Shown here: positions 31,393 through 41,366 of the stretch, one piece after another
How positions within the stretch are numbered: the first letter of the stretch is position 1
Layout: every line of letters begins with the position of its first letter
NCBI GenBank assembly: GCA_022562895.1
Contig: JADFOK010000011.1
Span: 10,851-74,850 of the forward strand
Source of the DNA: Bacteroidota bacterium
Lineage (GTDB): Bacteria > Bacteroidota > Bacteroidia > Flavobacteriales > Flavobacteriaceae
DNA length: 64,000 nucleotides
Reading direction: 5' to 3'
Notes under the pieces: generated by a model
Told to the model about the DNA's origin: nothing
Seen by the model: only the letters and a program-made list of their open reading frames with translations
Database searches by the model: none
Translations under genes and position numbers: made by a program

Positions 31393-32655
31393 CTAAACTA
31401 AAAATTGAAACAAATCGGGTTTATCGTTTATGTAATCCCCATAAAAATTATACAGTTTCATTTTGGTGATTAAAGGTTCTAAATCGGTTGGAGATTTTAG
31501 TTCTACGCCTACAACAGCTATACCGTTGTCTCGATTGGATTTTTTAGTATATTCAAAATGTGTGATATCATCGTTTGGTCCTAAAACTTTGGCAATAAAC
31601 TCTTTTAAAGCACCGGCGCGTTGCGGGAATTTCACTATAAAATAATGCTTCAAATTAGCATATAATAAGGCTCGTTCTTTAATTTCGGCAGTTCGTGTAA
31701 TATCATTATTACCTCCACTTAATACACAAACAACGTTCTTGCCTTTAATCTCACTTGCATAATAATCCAAAGCAGAGATACTTAATGCTCCGGCAGGCTC
31801 TACAACAATAGCATCTTTATTATAAAGTTCTAAAATGGTCTGGCAAATTTTTCCTTCGGGTACCGTAATTATAGCATCCAGGTTCTGCTTACAAATAGGA
31901 AAGGTTTTATCTCCAACTTTTCTTACAGCAGCACCATCCACAAACTTTTCTATCTTTTCAAGTTCGGTATTCCTATTATGTTTAAAGGAAACAGACATAG
32001 ATGGAGCTCCTTTTGGTTCCACTCCAATAATTTTTGTTTTAGGTGATAATAGTTTAAAAATCGTTGATAAACCTGCTGCTAAACCTCCTCCCCCAACGGG
32101 GATAAAAATATAATCGATAGTTTGCTGGCATTGGTTTATTATTTCCAAAGCAATTGTTGCCTGACCTTCAATTACCTTTTCATCGTCAAATGGATGTATA
32201 AACGTTTTCTTTAATTTTTCACTCTCTATCATTGCTGCCTGATAAGCATCATCATAGGTATCTCCTTTCAGTACAATATCTACGTACTCCTCACCAAACA
32301 TTTTTATTTGTTCTATTTTTTGATTTGGAGTGGGCGAAGGTATATAAATGGTGCCTTTTATCTTTAACAATTTGCAAGATAATGCTACCCCCTGTGCATG
32401 ATTCCCTGCACTGGCACATACGATTCCATTTACAATTTCGGAATTATTCAGTGACGCTATTTTATTATAAGCCCCTCTTATTTTGTACGATCGTACTAAC
32501 TGAAGATCTTCACGTTTAAATAAAATAGTGCTTTGAAACTTTTTAGAATATTGAAAGTTTGACATTAATGGGGTCACTGAAGCTACGTCTTTTAATAGTG
32601 CAGCTGCAGCTTCAACAGACTTTAAACTTGGATAATATAGGGTTGTCGTTTCCAT
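31393..32655 (-). CDS. ilvA: Threonine dehydratase (biosynthetic)
   Basis: SYKIRGA, ASAGNHAQG, one C-terminal ACT-like domain FPQRAGAL. Confidence 0.95.
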   Translation of the reverse strand: METTTLYYPSLKSVEAAAALLKDVASVTPLMSNFQYSKKFQSTILFKREDLQLVRSYKIRGAYNKIASLNNSEIVNGIVCASAGNHAQGVALSCKLLKIKGTIYIPSPTPNQKIEQIKMFGEEYVDIVLKGDTYDDAYQAAMIESEKLKKTFIHPFDDEKVIEGQATIALEIINQCQQTIDYIFIPVGGGGLAAGLSTIFKLLSPKTKIIGVEPKGAPSMSVSFKHNRNTELEKIEKFVDGAAVRKVGDKTFPICKQNLDAIITVPEGKICQTILELYNKDAIVVEPAGALSISALDYYASEIKGKNVVCVLSGGNNDITRTAEIKERALLYANLKHYFIVKFPQRAGALKEFIAKVLGPNDDITHFEYTKKSNRDNGIAVVGVELKSPTDLEPLITKMKLYNFYGDYINDKPDLFQFLV

Positions 32656-32688
32656 AAAGATGTTATACTATTTTCAATTTGAATAGTA

Positions 32689-34191
32689 TTAATTTAAAAC
32701 CGCTTCTTTTTCTTTCGATTCTTTTTTTATTATTTTCATCTCAGTCATCGCTTTGCGTAAGGCTTTTCCAATGTTTTCAATAGGATGTTGTCTTATCTTA
32801 TCGTTTACTTTTATGAGTTCTATATTATCAACTGTTTCGGAGGAAATATATGGTTTCCCAATCACATCTGTATTCACAGTCTTCATAAAATCTCTCAATA
32901 ATGACTTACATTGATGATCGAACAAATAGCATCCATATTCTGCAGTATCGGAAATAATTTTATTCATTTCAAATAATTTTTTTCTGGCTATAGTATTAGC
33001 TATTAACGGTAATTCATGTAACGATTCGTAATAGGCGGATGCTGATATTATTCCAGAGTTCACCATAGTTTCAAAGGCAAGTTCAACGCCCGCTTTCACA
33101 AAAGCTATCAAAAGAACTCCACGATCAAAATATTCCTGTTCAATAATATGTTTTGATGTAATGGTTGTTTTTTCAAATTTAGTTTCTCCTGTTTCAGCTC
33201 TCCATTTTAATAGGTCCTTGTCATTATTTGCCCAATCTTTCATCATGGTTTGTGAAAAATTTCCAGACATAATACCATCCATATGTTCATTATATAAAGG
33301 CTTCAAGATGATTTTCAATTCTTCAGATAATTTGAATGCTTTTATCTTCGCTGGATTAGATAATCTATCCATCATATTGGTGATACCCCCATGTTTTAAA
33401 GCTTCGGTAATGGTTTCCCACCCAAATTGTATCAACTTTGCGGCATATCCGTCATCAATTCCTTCATCTATCATTTTATTGAATGACAGTATAGAAGCGG
33501 TTTGTAATACTCCACATAAAATGGTTTGTTCTCCCATTAAATCAGACTTTACCTCAGCTACAAAGGACGATTCCAATACTCCTGCCTTATGTCCTCCAGT
33601 GGCAACCGCATATGCTTTTGCCTGAGCCCAACCTTTCCCATTGGGATCATTTTCCGGGTGAACTGCTATAAGCGTTGGCACACCAAACCCTCGTTTATAT
33701 TCTTCTCTTAATTCCGTTCCCGGACATTTTGGAGCTACCATAATAACGGTGATATCTTCCCGAATTTGTATTCCTTCTTCCACAATATTAAATCCATGAG
33801 AGTATGATAATGTAGCACCTGTTTTCATTAAAGGCATTACCGTATTAACAACGCTTGTATGGTGTTTATCTGGAGTTAAGTTTAAAACCAAATCTGCTGT
33901 AGGAATTAATTCTTCGTAATTGCTAACATTAAAGCCGTTTTCTGTTGCATTTTTAAACGACTGACGTTGTTCTGTTATGGCCTCTTCACGTAAAGCATAA
34001 GAAATATCTAGTCCGGAATCTCTCATGTTCAATCCTTGATTAAGACCTTGAGCACCGCAGCCAATGATCACAATTTTTTTATCTTTTAAAATAGTTACCC
34101 CATCTTCAAATTCTGAAAGGCTCATTAGCCTACATTTCGATAATTGTTCGAGTTTATCTCTTAGTGAAAGGGTATTAAAATAATTTGCCAT
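32689..34191 (-). CDS. ilvC: Ketol-acid reductoisomerase (long class II form)
   Basis: [21 protein letters not shown]; 500 aa. Confidence 0.96.
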   Translation of the reverse strand: MANYFNTLSLRDKLEQLSKCRLMSLSEFEDGVTILKDKKIVIIGCGAQGLNQGLNMRDSGLDISYALREEAITEQRQSFKNATENGFNVSNYEELIPTADLVLNLTPDKHHTSVVNTVMPLMKTGATLSYSHGFNIVEEGIQIREDITVIMVAPKCPGTELREEYKRGFGVPTLIAVHPENDPNGKGWAQAKAYAVATGGHKAGVLESSFVAEVKSDLMGEQTILCGVLQTASILSFNKMIDEGIDDGYAAKLIQFGWETITEALKHGGITNMMDRLSNPAKIKAFKLSEELKIILKPLYNEHMDGIMSGNFSQTMMKDWANNDKDLLKWRAETGETKFEKTTITSKHIIEQEYFDRGVLLIAFVKAGVELAFETMVNSGIISASAYYESLHELPLIANTIARKKLFEMNKIISDTAEYGCYLFDHQCKSLLRDFMKTVNTDVIGKPYISSETVDNIELIKVNDKIRQHPIENIGKALRKAMTEMKIIKKESKEKEAVLN

Positions 34192-34289
34192 TTTTTTCCT
34201 TTATTAAAACAATGCATTTTTATTACAAATTAGTTCTAAAATCAATTCAAATAGATTTGATCATTTGTATTTGTATAAAAACTCATTCA

Positions 34290-34814
34290 TTAATTATTTT
34301 TATTATTATTTAATATTTCTGAAATTTTCATTTTCTGTTTTGTTATAACTACTCTTCCTGATCGTACAAATTGCATTAATCCAAAGGGATTCAGTTCGTT
34401 ATACAGTTTGTCTGTTTCTTCTTTTGTACCCGATTTTTCAATCACTACAAACTCTTTTTCCACAGCTACTATTTTGGCATGATTTGTTGTAATGATTTCT
34501 TTAAATTTAGAATTATTTACATTTTCAACATTTACTTTATACAAGGAAATCTCCTGATATATTGTTTGGTCTTCCGAATGGTAAAATGCTCCAATCACAT
34601 CGATCTGTTTCTCTAACACTTTTACAATTTTTTTAATAAGAGTTTCCGATTCTCTTACTACTATGGTGTACCTGTGAACATTCTCAATTTCAGATTTTGA
34701 AGCTGTTATACTTTCAATATTGACGTGCCTTTTCGTGAAAATAGTGGTTATACGGTTTAATAAACCCACAAAGTTTTCGGTATAAATAGATACGGTTAAC
34801 AATTCTTTTTCCAT
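34290..34814 (-). CDS. ilvN: Acetolactate synthase small subunit
   Basis: ACT domain ENFVGLLNRI, VRSGRV. Confidence 0.92.
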   Translation of the reverse strand: MEKELLTVSIYTENFVGLLNRITTIFTKRHVNIESITASKSEIENVHRYTIVVRESETLIKKIVKVLEKQIDVIGAFYHSEDQTIYQEISLYKVNVENVNNSKFKEIITTNHAKIVAVEKEFVVIEKSGTKEETDKLYNELNPFGLMQFVRSGRVVITKQKMKISEILNNNKNN

Positions 34815-34923
34815 CTGTTATTATTCTCTGTCTCTATATTCTTTTTCTTCTGCTATTGAGGATTTGATTTCACTCAACTAGAATCTTTGTTTAGTATGTA
34901 ACTTTTTTATATATCATTTATAT

Positions 34924-36657
34924 TTACTCCAATCTTACTTCTGAAACAGAAGCTCCTGTTGGTATCATTGGAAACACATTATCTTCTTTTTCAATTACGA
35001 CTTCCAAAAAATAGGCTTCTTTGCTTTGAACCATTTCTTGGATAGCAGCTTGAAGGTCTTCTCTCTTGTCAACTCTTTTTGCTTTTATGTCATATCCTTC
35101 TGCTATTTTAACAAAGTCAGGATTGACCATTTTAGTAGAAGCATATCTTCTATCAAAAAACATTTCTTGCCATTGACGAACCATTCCTAAAAAACTATTG
35201 TTAAGCACAACAATCTTCACTGGTATTTTTGTTTGAAAAATTGTACCTAATTCCTGAATTGTCATTTGATACCCTCCATCACCAATAATTGCAATAACTT
35301 CACGATCGGGAACTCCCATTTTCGCTCCAATAGCCGCGGGTAAAGCAAAACCCATAGTCCCTAAACCCCCTGAAGTTATTTTACTTCGGGTCCTGGTAAA
35401 TTTTGCATATCTGCATGCAAACATTTGATGTTGACCAACATCAGAAACAATAACAGCCTCCCCTTTAGTATATTTATTTATCGCTTCTATAACCTCACCC
35501 ATTGTTAATCCACTTTTTTTAGGATTAAGTTGATCTTTAATAACAACTTCATATTCCAATTCATATAAATCCTTAAATTCCTGATGCCATTGAATATGTG
35601 AAGTCTCATTTACAAATGGCAATAATGCTTTTAGAGTTACTTTTACATCACCTAAAACAGCTACATCGGTTTTTACATTTTTATCTACCTCAGCAGGGTC
35701 TATCTCAAAGTGAATAATCCTAGCTTGTTTAGCATAACGTTTTAGATCCCCGGTTACTCTATCGTCAAAACGCATTCCTATAGCAATCAAAACATCACAT
35801 TCATTGGTTTTAATGTTTGGAGCATAGTGTCCATGCATTCCTACCATACCTACAAATAATGGATGGTCGGTTTCTAAGCCGGAAAGTCCCAAAGCAGTAG
35901 ATGCTATTGGAATACCTGTTTTTTTGATTAATGCCTTCAGTTCCTTTTCGGCTTGACCTAAGATCACACCCTGTCCCATTACAATAAATGGCTTCTTAGC
36001 ATTATTGATTAATTCGGCAGCAGCTTTCACCTTATTTATATCCATTTCCGGGACTGGAGTATAACTTCTAATTGCCTTACATTTTTCATAAACAAAATCT
36101 AATTCCCCAAATTGGGCATCCTTTGTAATATCTATTAATACGGGACCCGGTCTTCCAGAATTTGCAATATAGAAGGCTTTAGCTATAACCTTTGGAATTT
36201 CAGAAGATTTTGTAACTTGATAATTCCACTTTGTTACAGGAGTTGAAATACTTATAATATCGGTTTCTTGAAAAGCATCCGTTCCTAAAAGATGCGAGGC
36301 TACTTGTCCCGTTATACAAACCAGGGGAGTAGAATCTATTAACGCATCAGCAATCCCGGTAACCAGATTGGTAGCACCCGGACCTGAAGTTGCAAAAACA
36401 ACCCCTGTTTTACCAGTTACCCTAGCAAAACCCTGAGCGGCATGTGTCGCACCTTGTTCATGACGTGTTAGCACGTGATTTAATTGATCTTGATATTTGT
36501 ACAACTTATCATAAATAGGCATAATAGCACCCCCCGGATACCCGTAAATCAAATCTATACCTTCGGCTAACAAACATTTGATTAAGGCCTCAGCACCCGT
36601 TATACGAATCGTTTTCTTGATTGAAGATTTTGGCTTTGTTTGTGTTTGTACTTCCAT
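34924..36657 (-). CDS. ilvB: Acetolactate synthase large subunit
   Basis: GYPGGA, RHEQGA, GDGGYQM...NN TPP motif; MEVQTQ start chosen. Confidence 0.96.
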   Translation of the reverse strand: MEVQTQTKPKSSIKKTIRITGAEALIKCLLAEGIDLIYGYPGGAIMPIYDKLYKYQDQLNHVLTRHEQGATHAAQGFARVTGKTGVVFATSGPGATNLVTGIADALIDSTPLVCITGQVASHLLGTDAFQETDIISISTPVTKWNYQVTKSSEIPKVIAKAFYIANSGRPGPVLIDITKDAQFGELDFVYEKCKAIRSYTPVPEMDINKVKAAAELINNAKKPFIVMGQGVILGQAEKELKALIKKTGIPIASTALGLSGLETDHPLFVGMVGMHGHYAPNIKTNECDVLIAIGMRFDDRVTGDLKRYAKQARIIHFEIDPAEVDKNVKTDVAVLGDVKVTLKALLPFVNETSHIQWHQEFKDLYELEYEVVIKDQLNPKKSGLTMGEVIEAINKYTKGEAVIVSDVGQHQMFACRYAKFTRTRSKITSGGLGTMGFALPAAIGAKMGVPDREVIAIIGDGGYQMTIQELGTIFQTKIPVKIVVLNNSFLGMVRQWQEMFFDRRYASTKMVNPDFVKIAEGYDIKAKRVDKREDLQAAIQEMVQSKEAYFLEVVIEKEDNVFPMIPTGASVSEVRLE

Positions 36658-36667
36658 ACTAGTTAAT

Positions 36668-38350
36668 TTATTGGAACTCATCGGTTACACATCCTTTAGA
36701 TGCCGATGATACTGTTCTTGCATATTTATATAAAACACCTCTATCTACTTTTAATTTTGGCTGTTTCCATTGTTGTTTTCTTTGTTGTAATTCTTCTTTA
36801 GATACTTCTAGTATTATAGTATTTTTTTCGGCATCTATTGTAATAATATCTCCATCTTGTACCAATGCAATTGTACCTCCTTCTTGCGCTTCAGGAGTGA
36901 TGTGACCTACAACAAAACCATGAGTTCCTCCCGAAAACCGTCCATCGGTAATAAGTGCTACGTCCTTACCAAGATTTGCTCCCATAATGGCTGCGGTAGG
37001 TTTTAACATTTCTGGCATTCCGGGTCCACCTTTGGGTCCTTCATATCGAATAACAACAACATCACCTTTTTCTACTTTACCATCGCGAATACCATCATTG
37101 GCATCGTATTCCCCTTCAAAAACTCTTGCCTTACCACTAAAGTGTAGCCCTTCTTTCCCTGTAATTTTTGCCACGCTACCTTCTTCTGCTAAATTTCCAA
37201 AAAGTATACGTAAATGACCGGAAGCTTTTATAGGTTTTTCAATAGGTTTTATAACATCTTGGTCCTCGAGCAAATCTTCAACAATTAATAAGTTTTCAGC
37301 TAATGTATTACCAGTTACCGTTAAGCAATCTCCATGAAGTAATCCTTTCTTCAATAGATATTTCATCACTGCGGGAATTCCACCAATAGCATGTACATCT
37401 TCCATTAAGTATTTTCCGCTTGGTTTTAAATCACCTAAATAGGGTGTGGAATCACTTATTCTCTGAAAATCATTTAATTTAAAATCAATTTTAGCAGCTC
37501 TGGCAATAGCTAAAAAGTGAATCACTGCATTTGTAGAACCCCCAAGTATAATTATCAAACGTATGGCATTTTCCAATGATTTTCTAGTTATAATATCTGA
37601 TGGTTTAATATCTTTTTCCAGTAGGTAACCTATGGCTACACCTGTTTTTACAGATTCCCTTTTTTTGGCTTCGCTTTTTGCAGGATTAGAGGAATTATAA
37701 GGGAGTGACATCCCCAAAGCTTCAATTGCTGAAGCCATAGTATTGGCTGTGTACATACCGCCGCATGCACCAGCTCCGGGACACGCTTTCTGAATAATGC
37801 TTTTAAATTCGGTTTCGTTCATGGTTCCTGCAATTTTACTTCCCCAGGCTTCAAAAGCAGAAACTACATCTAATTTTTTTCCGTTATGGCTTCCTGAATC
37901 AATAGTCCCTCCATACAATAAAATGGATGGTCTATTTAAACGAATCATAGCAATTAAGGCCCCAGGCATATTTTTATCACAGCCAACAACTGTAATCAAA
38001 CCATCATAACTCATGGCTTGTACAACGGTTTCCATAGAATCAGCAATTATATCTCTTGAAGGCAATGAATAGCGCATTCCAGGAGTTCCCATAGAAATTC
38101 CATCACTTACACCAATTGTATTAAAAATAAGTCCTATTATTTCGGCTTCTTGAGTGCCTTGTTTTACTAATTCAGCCAAATCGTTTAGGTGCATGTTACA
38201 AGGATTTCCTTCAAACCCTGTACTTGCAATACCAATAATAGGTTTATAAAAATCTTTAGTAGTTAAACCTATGGCATGCAACATCGCTTGTGCTGCAGGC
38301 TGTGTTGAATCTTGAGTTACTGTTTTACTATGCTTATTTAGCCCCTTCAT
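36668..38350 (-). CDS. ilvD: Dihydroxy-acid dehydratase
   Basis: [34 protein letters not shown]. Confidence 0.97.
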   Translation of the reverse strand: MKGLNKHSKTVTQDSTQPAAQAMLHAIGLTTKDFYKPIIGIASTGFEGNPCNMHLNDLAELVKQGTQEAEIIGLIFNTIGVSDGISMGTPGMRYSLPSRDIIADSMETVVQAMSYDGLITVVGCDKNMPGALIAMIRLNRPSILLYGGTIDSGSHNGKKLDVVSAFEAWGSKIAGTMNETEFKSIIQKACPGAGACGGMYTANTMASAIEALGMSLPYNSSNPAKSEAKKRESVKTGVAIGYLLEKDIKPSDIITRKSLENAIRLIIILGGSTNAVIHFLAIARAAKIDFKLNDFQRISDSTPYLGDLKPSGKYLMEDVHAIGGIPAVMKYLLKKGLLHGDCLTVTGNTLAENLLIVEDLLEDQDVIKPIEKPIKASGHLRILFGNLAEEGSVAKITGKEGLHFSGKARVFEGEYDANDGIRDGKVEKGDVVVIRYEGPKGGPGMPEMLKPTAAIMGANLGKDVALITDGRFSGGTHGFVVGHITPEAQEGGTIALVQDGDIITIDAEKNTIILEVSKEELQQRKQQWKQPKLKVDRGVLYKYARTVSSASKGCVTDEFQ

Positions 38351-38540
38351 ACTTTTTTAAGTCCATTCTAATACATATTCAATCTTTAAGAGTTCGAAAT
38401 TAGATTTTTAGGTTTATTCACGGTCTTATTTGTTTTGCATCTGTTTAAATTCATTTGATGATATATTCACTTATACTAATGATTATCAACGTTTTATTTT
38501 ATTTATTTTATGACGTTCAATAATGTACTTTTCTTTATAA

Positions 38541-38574
38541 AAATAGCTTGAAGCTAAATTTATCGCAGCTTTAA
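38541..38574 (-). promoter_or_regulatory. Candidate alternative hairpins (terminator/anti-terminator) of ilv leader
   Basis: Minus strand AAGCT..AGCTT overlaps TAGCT-TCA-AGCTA followed by TTTTT. Confidence 0.35.
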
Positions 38575-38670
38575 TAAAAAGAAACAACAATTTGTACTAG
38601 TAGGGGAAGAGTTAATTATTACAATAATAGTAATGATATCAAAAATATCGAATTTTATTTGGGGGTTCAA
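38560..38670 (-). CDS. Candidate ilv leader (attenuator) peptide, 36 aa
   Basis: TTG-started ORF MNPQIKFDIFDIITIIVIINSSPTSTNCCFFLLKLR 210 nt upstream of ilvD, with IITIIVII run. Confidence 0.5.
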   Translation of the reverse strand: MNPQIKFDIFDIITIIVIINSSPTSTNCCFFLLKLR

Positions 38671-38769
38671 TTAATCACAAAAAGAATATTAAAATCCTAA
38701 TTAATTCTGAATTAAAAAAAAAACAACTCGCTTTCGACTTAATTTTTTTATTTTTACCGAACAAAATCA

Positions 38770-38845
38770 AGAGGAAGGATTTGAATGAGTGCCACCTCAA
38801 TAAAAAAATATTAAAGGACCCTGTAAACTTCCTTTGTTGCATTCG
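38770..38845 (+). ncRNA. Candidate SAM-II-like riboswitch in metK 5' UTR
   Basis: AGAGGAAG/CTTCCTTT and GAATG/CATTC pair in H-type pseudoknot order with GATTT in loop 1. Confidence 0.4.
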
Positions 38846-38869
38846 TTAATTTTTCAATAAATTTAATAT

Positions 38870-40123
38870 ATGGCCTATTTATTTACTTCAGAAAGTGTTT
38901 CTGAAGGACATCCGGATAAAGTTGCAGATCAAATTAGTGATGCTTTAATTGATAATTTCTTAGCATTTGATCCTGAATCGAAGGTGGCTTGCGAAACTCT
39001 CGTTACTACAGGTCAGGTAATTTTAGCAGGAGAAGTGAAAAGCGACACTTATTTAGACGTTCAAAAAATTGCCCGAGATGTCATCAATAAAATTGGATAT
39101 ACCAAAAGTGAATACATGTTTGACGGAAATTCCTGTGGTGTATTTTCATCCATTCATGAACAATCGTCAGATATTAACCGAGGGGTAAATCGAGCAGAAG
39201 GAGAAGAACAAGGTGCCGGTGACCAAGGAATGATGTTTGGATACGCTACCAATGAAACAGAAAATTATATGCCTTTAGCCTTAGATTTAAGTCATCGTAT
39301 ATTAATAGAATTAGCGGCTATTCGAAGAGAAAATTCTGAAATTCCGTATTTACGCCCGGATGCTAAAAGCCAAGTTACAGTTGAGTATAGTGACGAAAAC
39401 AAACCGAACCGTATCGATACCATTGTCATCTCTACGCAACACGATGATTTTGATGAAGACGAAACAATGTTAGCTAAGATAAAATCTGACCTGTTGACTA
39501 TATTAATGCCCAGAGTGATCGCTAAATTATCACAAAACATACAAAAATTATTCAATGATGATATTACCTATCATATAAATCCAGCCGGGAAATTTGTTAT
39601 TGGAGGTCCTCATGCCGATACCGGATTAACTGGCAGAAAAATTATTGTAGATACCTACGGAGGTAAAGGAGCACACGGTGGTGGATCGTTTAGTGGTAAA
39701 GACCCTAGTAAAGTTGATAGAAGCGCAGCCTATGCTGCCCGACATATTGCTAAGAATATGGTAGCTGCAGAAGTTTGCGAAGAAATATTAGTCCAAGTAA
39801 GTTATGCTATTGGAGTAGCAAAACCCACTTCAATAAATGTAAATACATACGGAACCTCTAAAGTGAATAAAACCGATAGTGAAATATCTGTCATTGTTGA
39901 TAATATATTTGATATGCGCCCTGCGGTTATCGAAAAACGATTAAAATTACGAAACCCAATTTATTTAGAAACAGCCTCCTATGGACATATGGGGAGAACT
40001 CCAGAAGTAAAGACTTTAACTTTTATTTCTGCAAACGGAAAAGAGATTACCAGAGAAGTTGAAACATTTACCTGGGAGAAACTGGATTACGTGGATACCC
40101 TTAAGGATGCATTCGGCTTGTAA
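38870..40123 (+). CDS. metK: S-adenosylmethionine synthetase
   Basis: SESVSEGHPDK, GAGDQG, GRKIIVDTYGG, GGSFSGKDPSKVDRS. Confidence 0.98.
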   Translation: MAYLFTSESVSEGHPDKVADQISDALIDNFLAFDPESKVACETLVTTGQVILAGEVKSDTYLDVQKIARDVINKIGYTKSEYMFDGNSCGVFSSIHEQSSDINRGVNRAEGEEQGAGDQGMMFGYATNETENYMPLALDLSHRILIELAAIRRENSEIPYLRPDAKSQVTVEYSDENKPNRIDTIVISTQHDDFDEDETMLAKIKSDLLTILMPRVIAKLSQNIQKLFNDDITYHINPAGKFVIGGPHADTGLTGRKIIVDTYGGKGAHGGGSFSGKDPSKVDRSAAYAARHIAKNMVAAEVCEEILVQVSYAIGVAKPTSINVNTYGTSKVNKTDSEISVIVDNIFDMRPAVIEKRLKLRNPIYLETASYGHMGRTPEVKTLTFISANGKEITREVETFTWEKLDYVDTLKDAFGL

Positions 40124-40138
40124 GAATTTCAATTAATA

Positions 40139-40768
40139 TCACTTTTCTCTTACCAAGTTAGCTGATGCAATTTGTTTCTTGTCTGAAAAAAAATAGACTC
40201 CCATAATATTCTCGCTTACTTTTTCTATTAAAATATCCACTCCTACTACACAATTATTTTGTCCTACAGTTATTTTTTCTTTAAAAAATATTTGATGGGA
40301 GTTTTCTTTATCGAAATACCAATAACCGTTGCAGGGAAAATCTGGATAATTTATTTTAATATCATCTTTACTATTATAATGTAAAATAGTTTTCCAGGTA
40401 TCACCATTTAATTGATAGCCTTTACCTTCCCATGTCCCTAATAGCCAATCTTTATATAAGGTATTAGTTTTCACAACCCTTTTACCCTGTTCCCAAATAC
40501 CTTCATATTTATTTCCATTCAATTTAATAAAAACACCTTCACCTTCCTTTTTTCCATTTTTCCATCCGCCTATATATTTAGATCCATTGCTGTAAAAATA
40601 AGTTCCTTTTCCATCTTGTTTTCCGTTTTTCCAATCCCCTTCAAATTTCTCTCCATCAGACCAAGTATAAACACCATACCCGTTTTTACAATCACCTGAA
40701 GTACATCCCTGTGAAAAACCAGGGGAACTTAGAACTAAAAAAAGAAGTGCAACGCTATATGCTTTCAT
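40139..40768 (-). CDS. Secreted MORN-repeat protein
   Basis: Signal peptide, CTSGDCKNGYG, three or more YxGxWKNGKxxGxG repeats. Confidence 0.85.
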   Translation of the reverse strand: MKAYSVALLFLVLSSPGFSQGCTSGDCKNGYGVYTWSDGEKFEGDWKNGKQDGKGTYFYSNGSKYIGGWKNGKKEGEGVFIKLNGNKYEGIWEQGKRVVKTNTLYKDWLLGTWEGKGYQLNGDTWKTILHYNSKDDIKINYPDFPCNGYWYFDKENSHQIFFKEKITVGQNNCVVGVDILIEKVSENIMGVYFFSDKKQIASANLVREK

Positions 40769-40852
40769 TGGTTTATTTTATTACTTTAAAATTTATTCTA
40801 ACTATAAAAATTTTAATTTCAGAATGTTTGTAAAGATTAAATCATGAAATTA

Positions 40853-41278
40853 CTAATTCTTAAGTGAATTAATTAATGTACCATGTCTCCATTCTCCAAT
40901 TTGTTGATTGTAGTCTTTATCATGATAATATCCTCTTCCATAGTATTCTCCATTTTTCCACTCCCCACCGTAATATTCGCCGTTTTCAAAGAAAAACCTT
41001 CCTTGTCCATGAAACTCATTCTGGGTGTTAAACAAACCTGTATATTTATCTCAGTTATCAAATAAATAGGTTCCCATAAACATATTTCCATTTTTAAAAA
41101 AGCCCGTAAAAGAATCACTGTTACTCCATTTCATTCTCCCATACTTATTTTTACAATCTCCACTTACACAATCGTTATTAATTGTAGTTGAGTTTGTACT
41201 CTTATATATTGGCACCTGCGCTTTAATGCTAAAAGTAAATCTAATTAATACTATACAAAAAATTATATATCGTCTCAT
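40853..41278 (-). pseudogene. Secreted MORN-repeat protein interrupted by one in-frame TGA
   Basis: The 75-aa and 60-aa ORFs are in one frame: TTT GAT AAC TGA GAT AAA TAT ACA GGT TTG; TGA at 41051-41053 sits where MORN has Gly. Confidence 0.8.
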
Positions 41279-41366
41279 AATTTATTAATTTTATACGATA
41301 CAAAAAAAACTGATTTTTTTTAAGTTATATCTTATAATACCACTCCTAAAACGCAGCAAATTATTT

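Noticed and set aside
41051-41053. Selenocysteine or genome-wide TGA recoding
   Set aside because: The position corresponds to Gly, not Cys; no SECIS-like hairpin was evident; TGA ends other genes normally (e.g. ftsI, aroA, rsgA).
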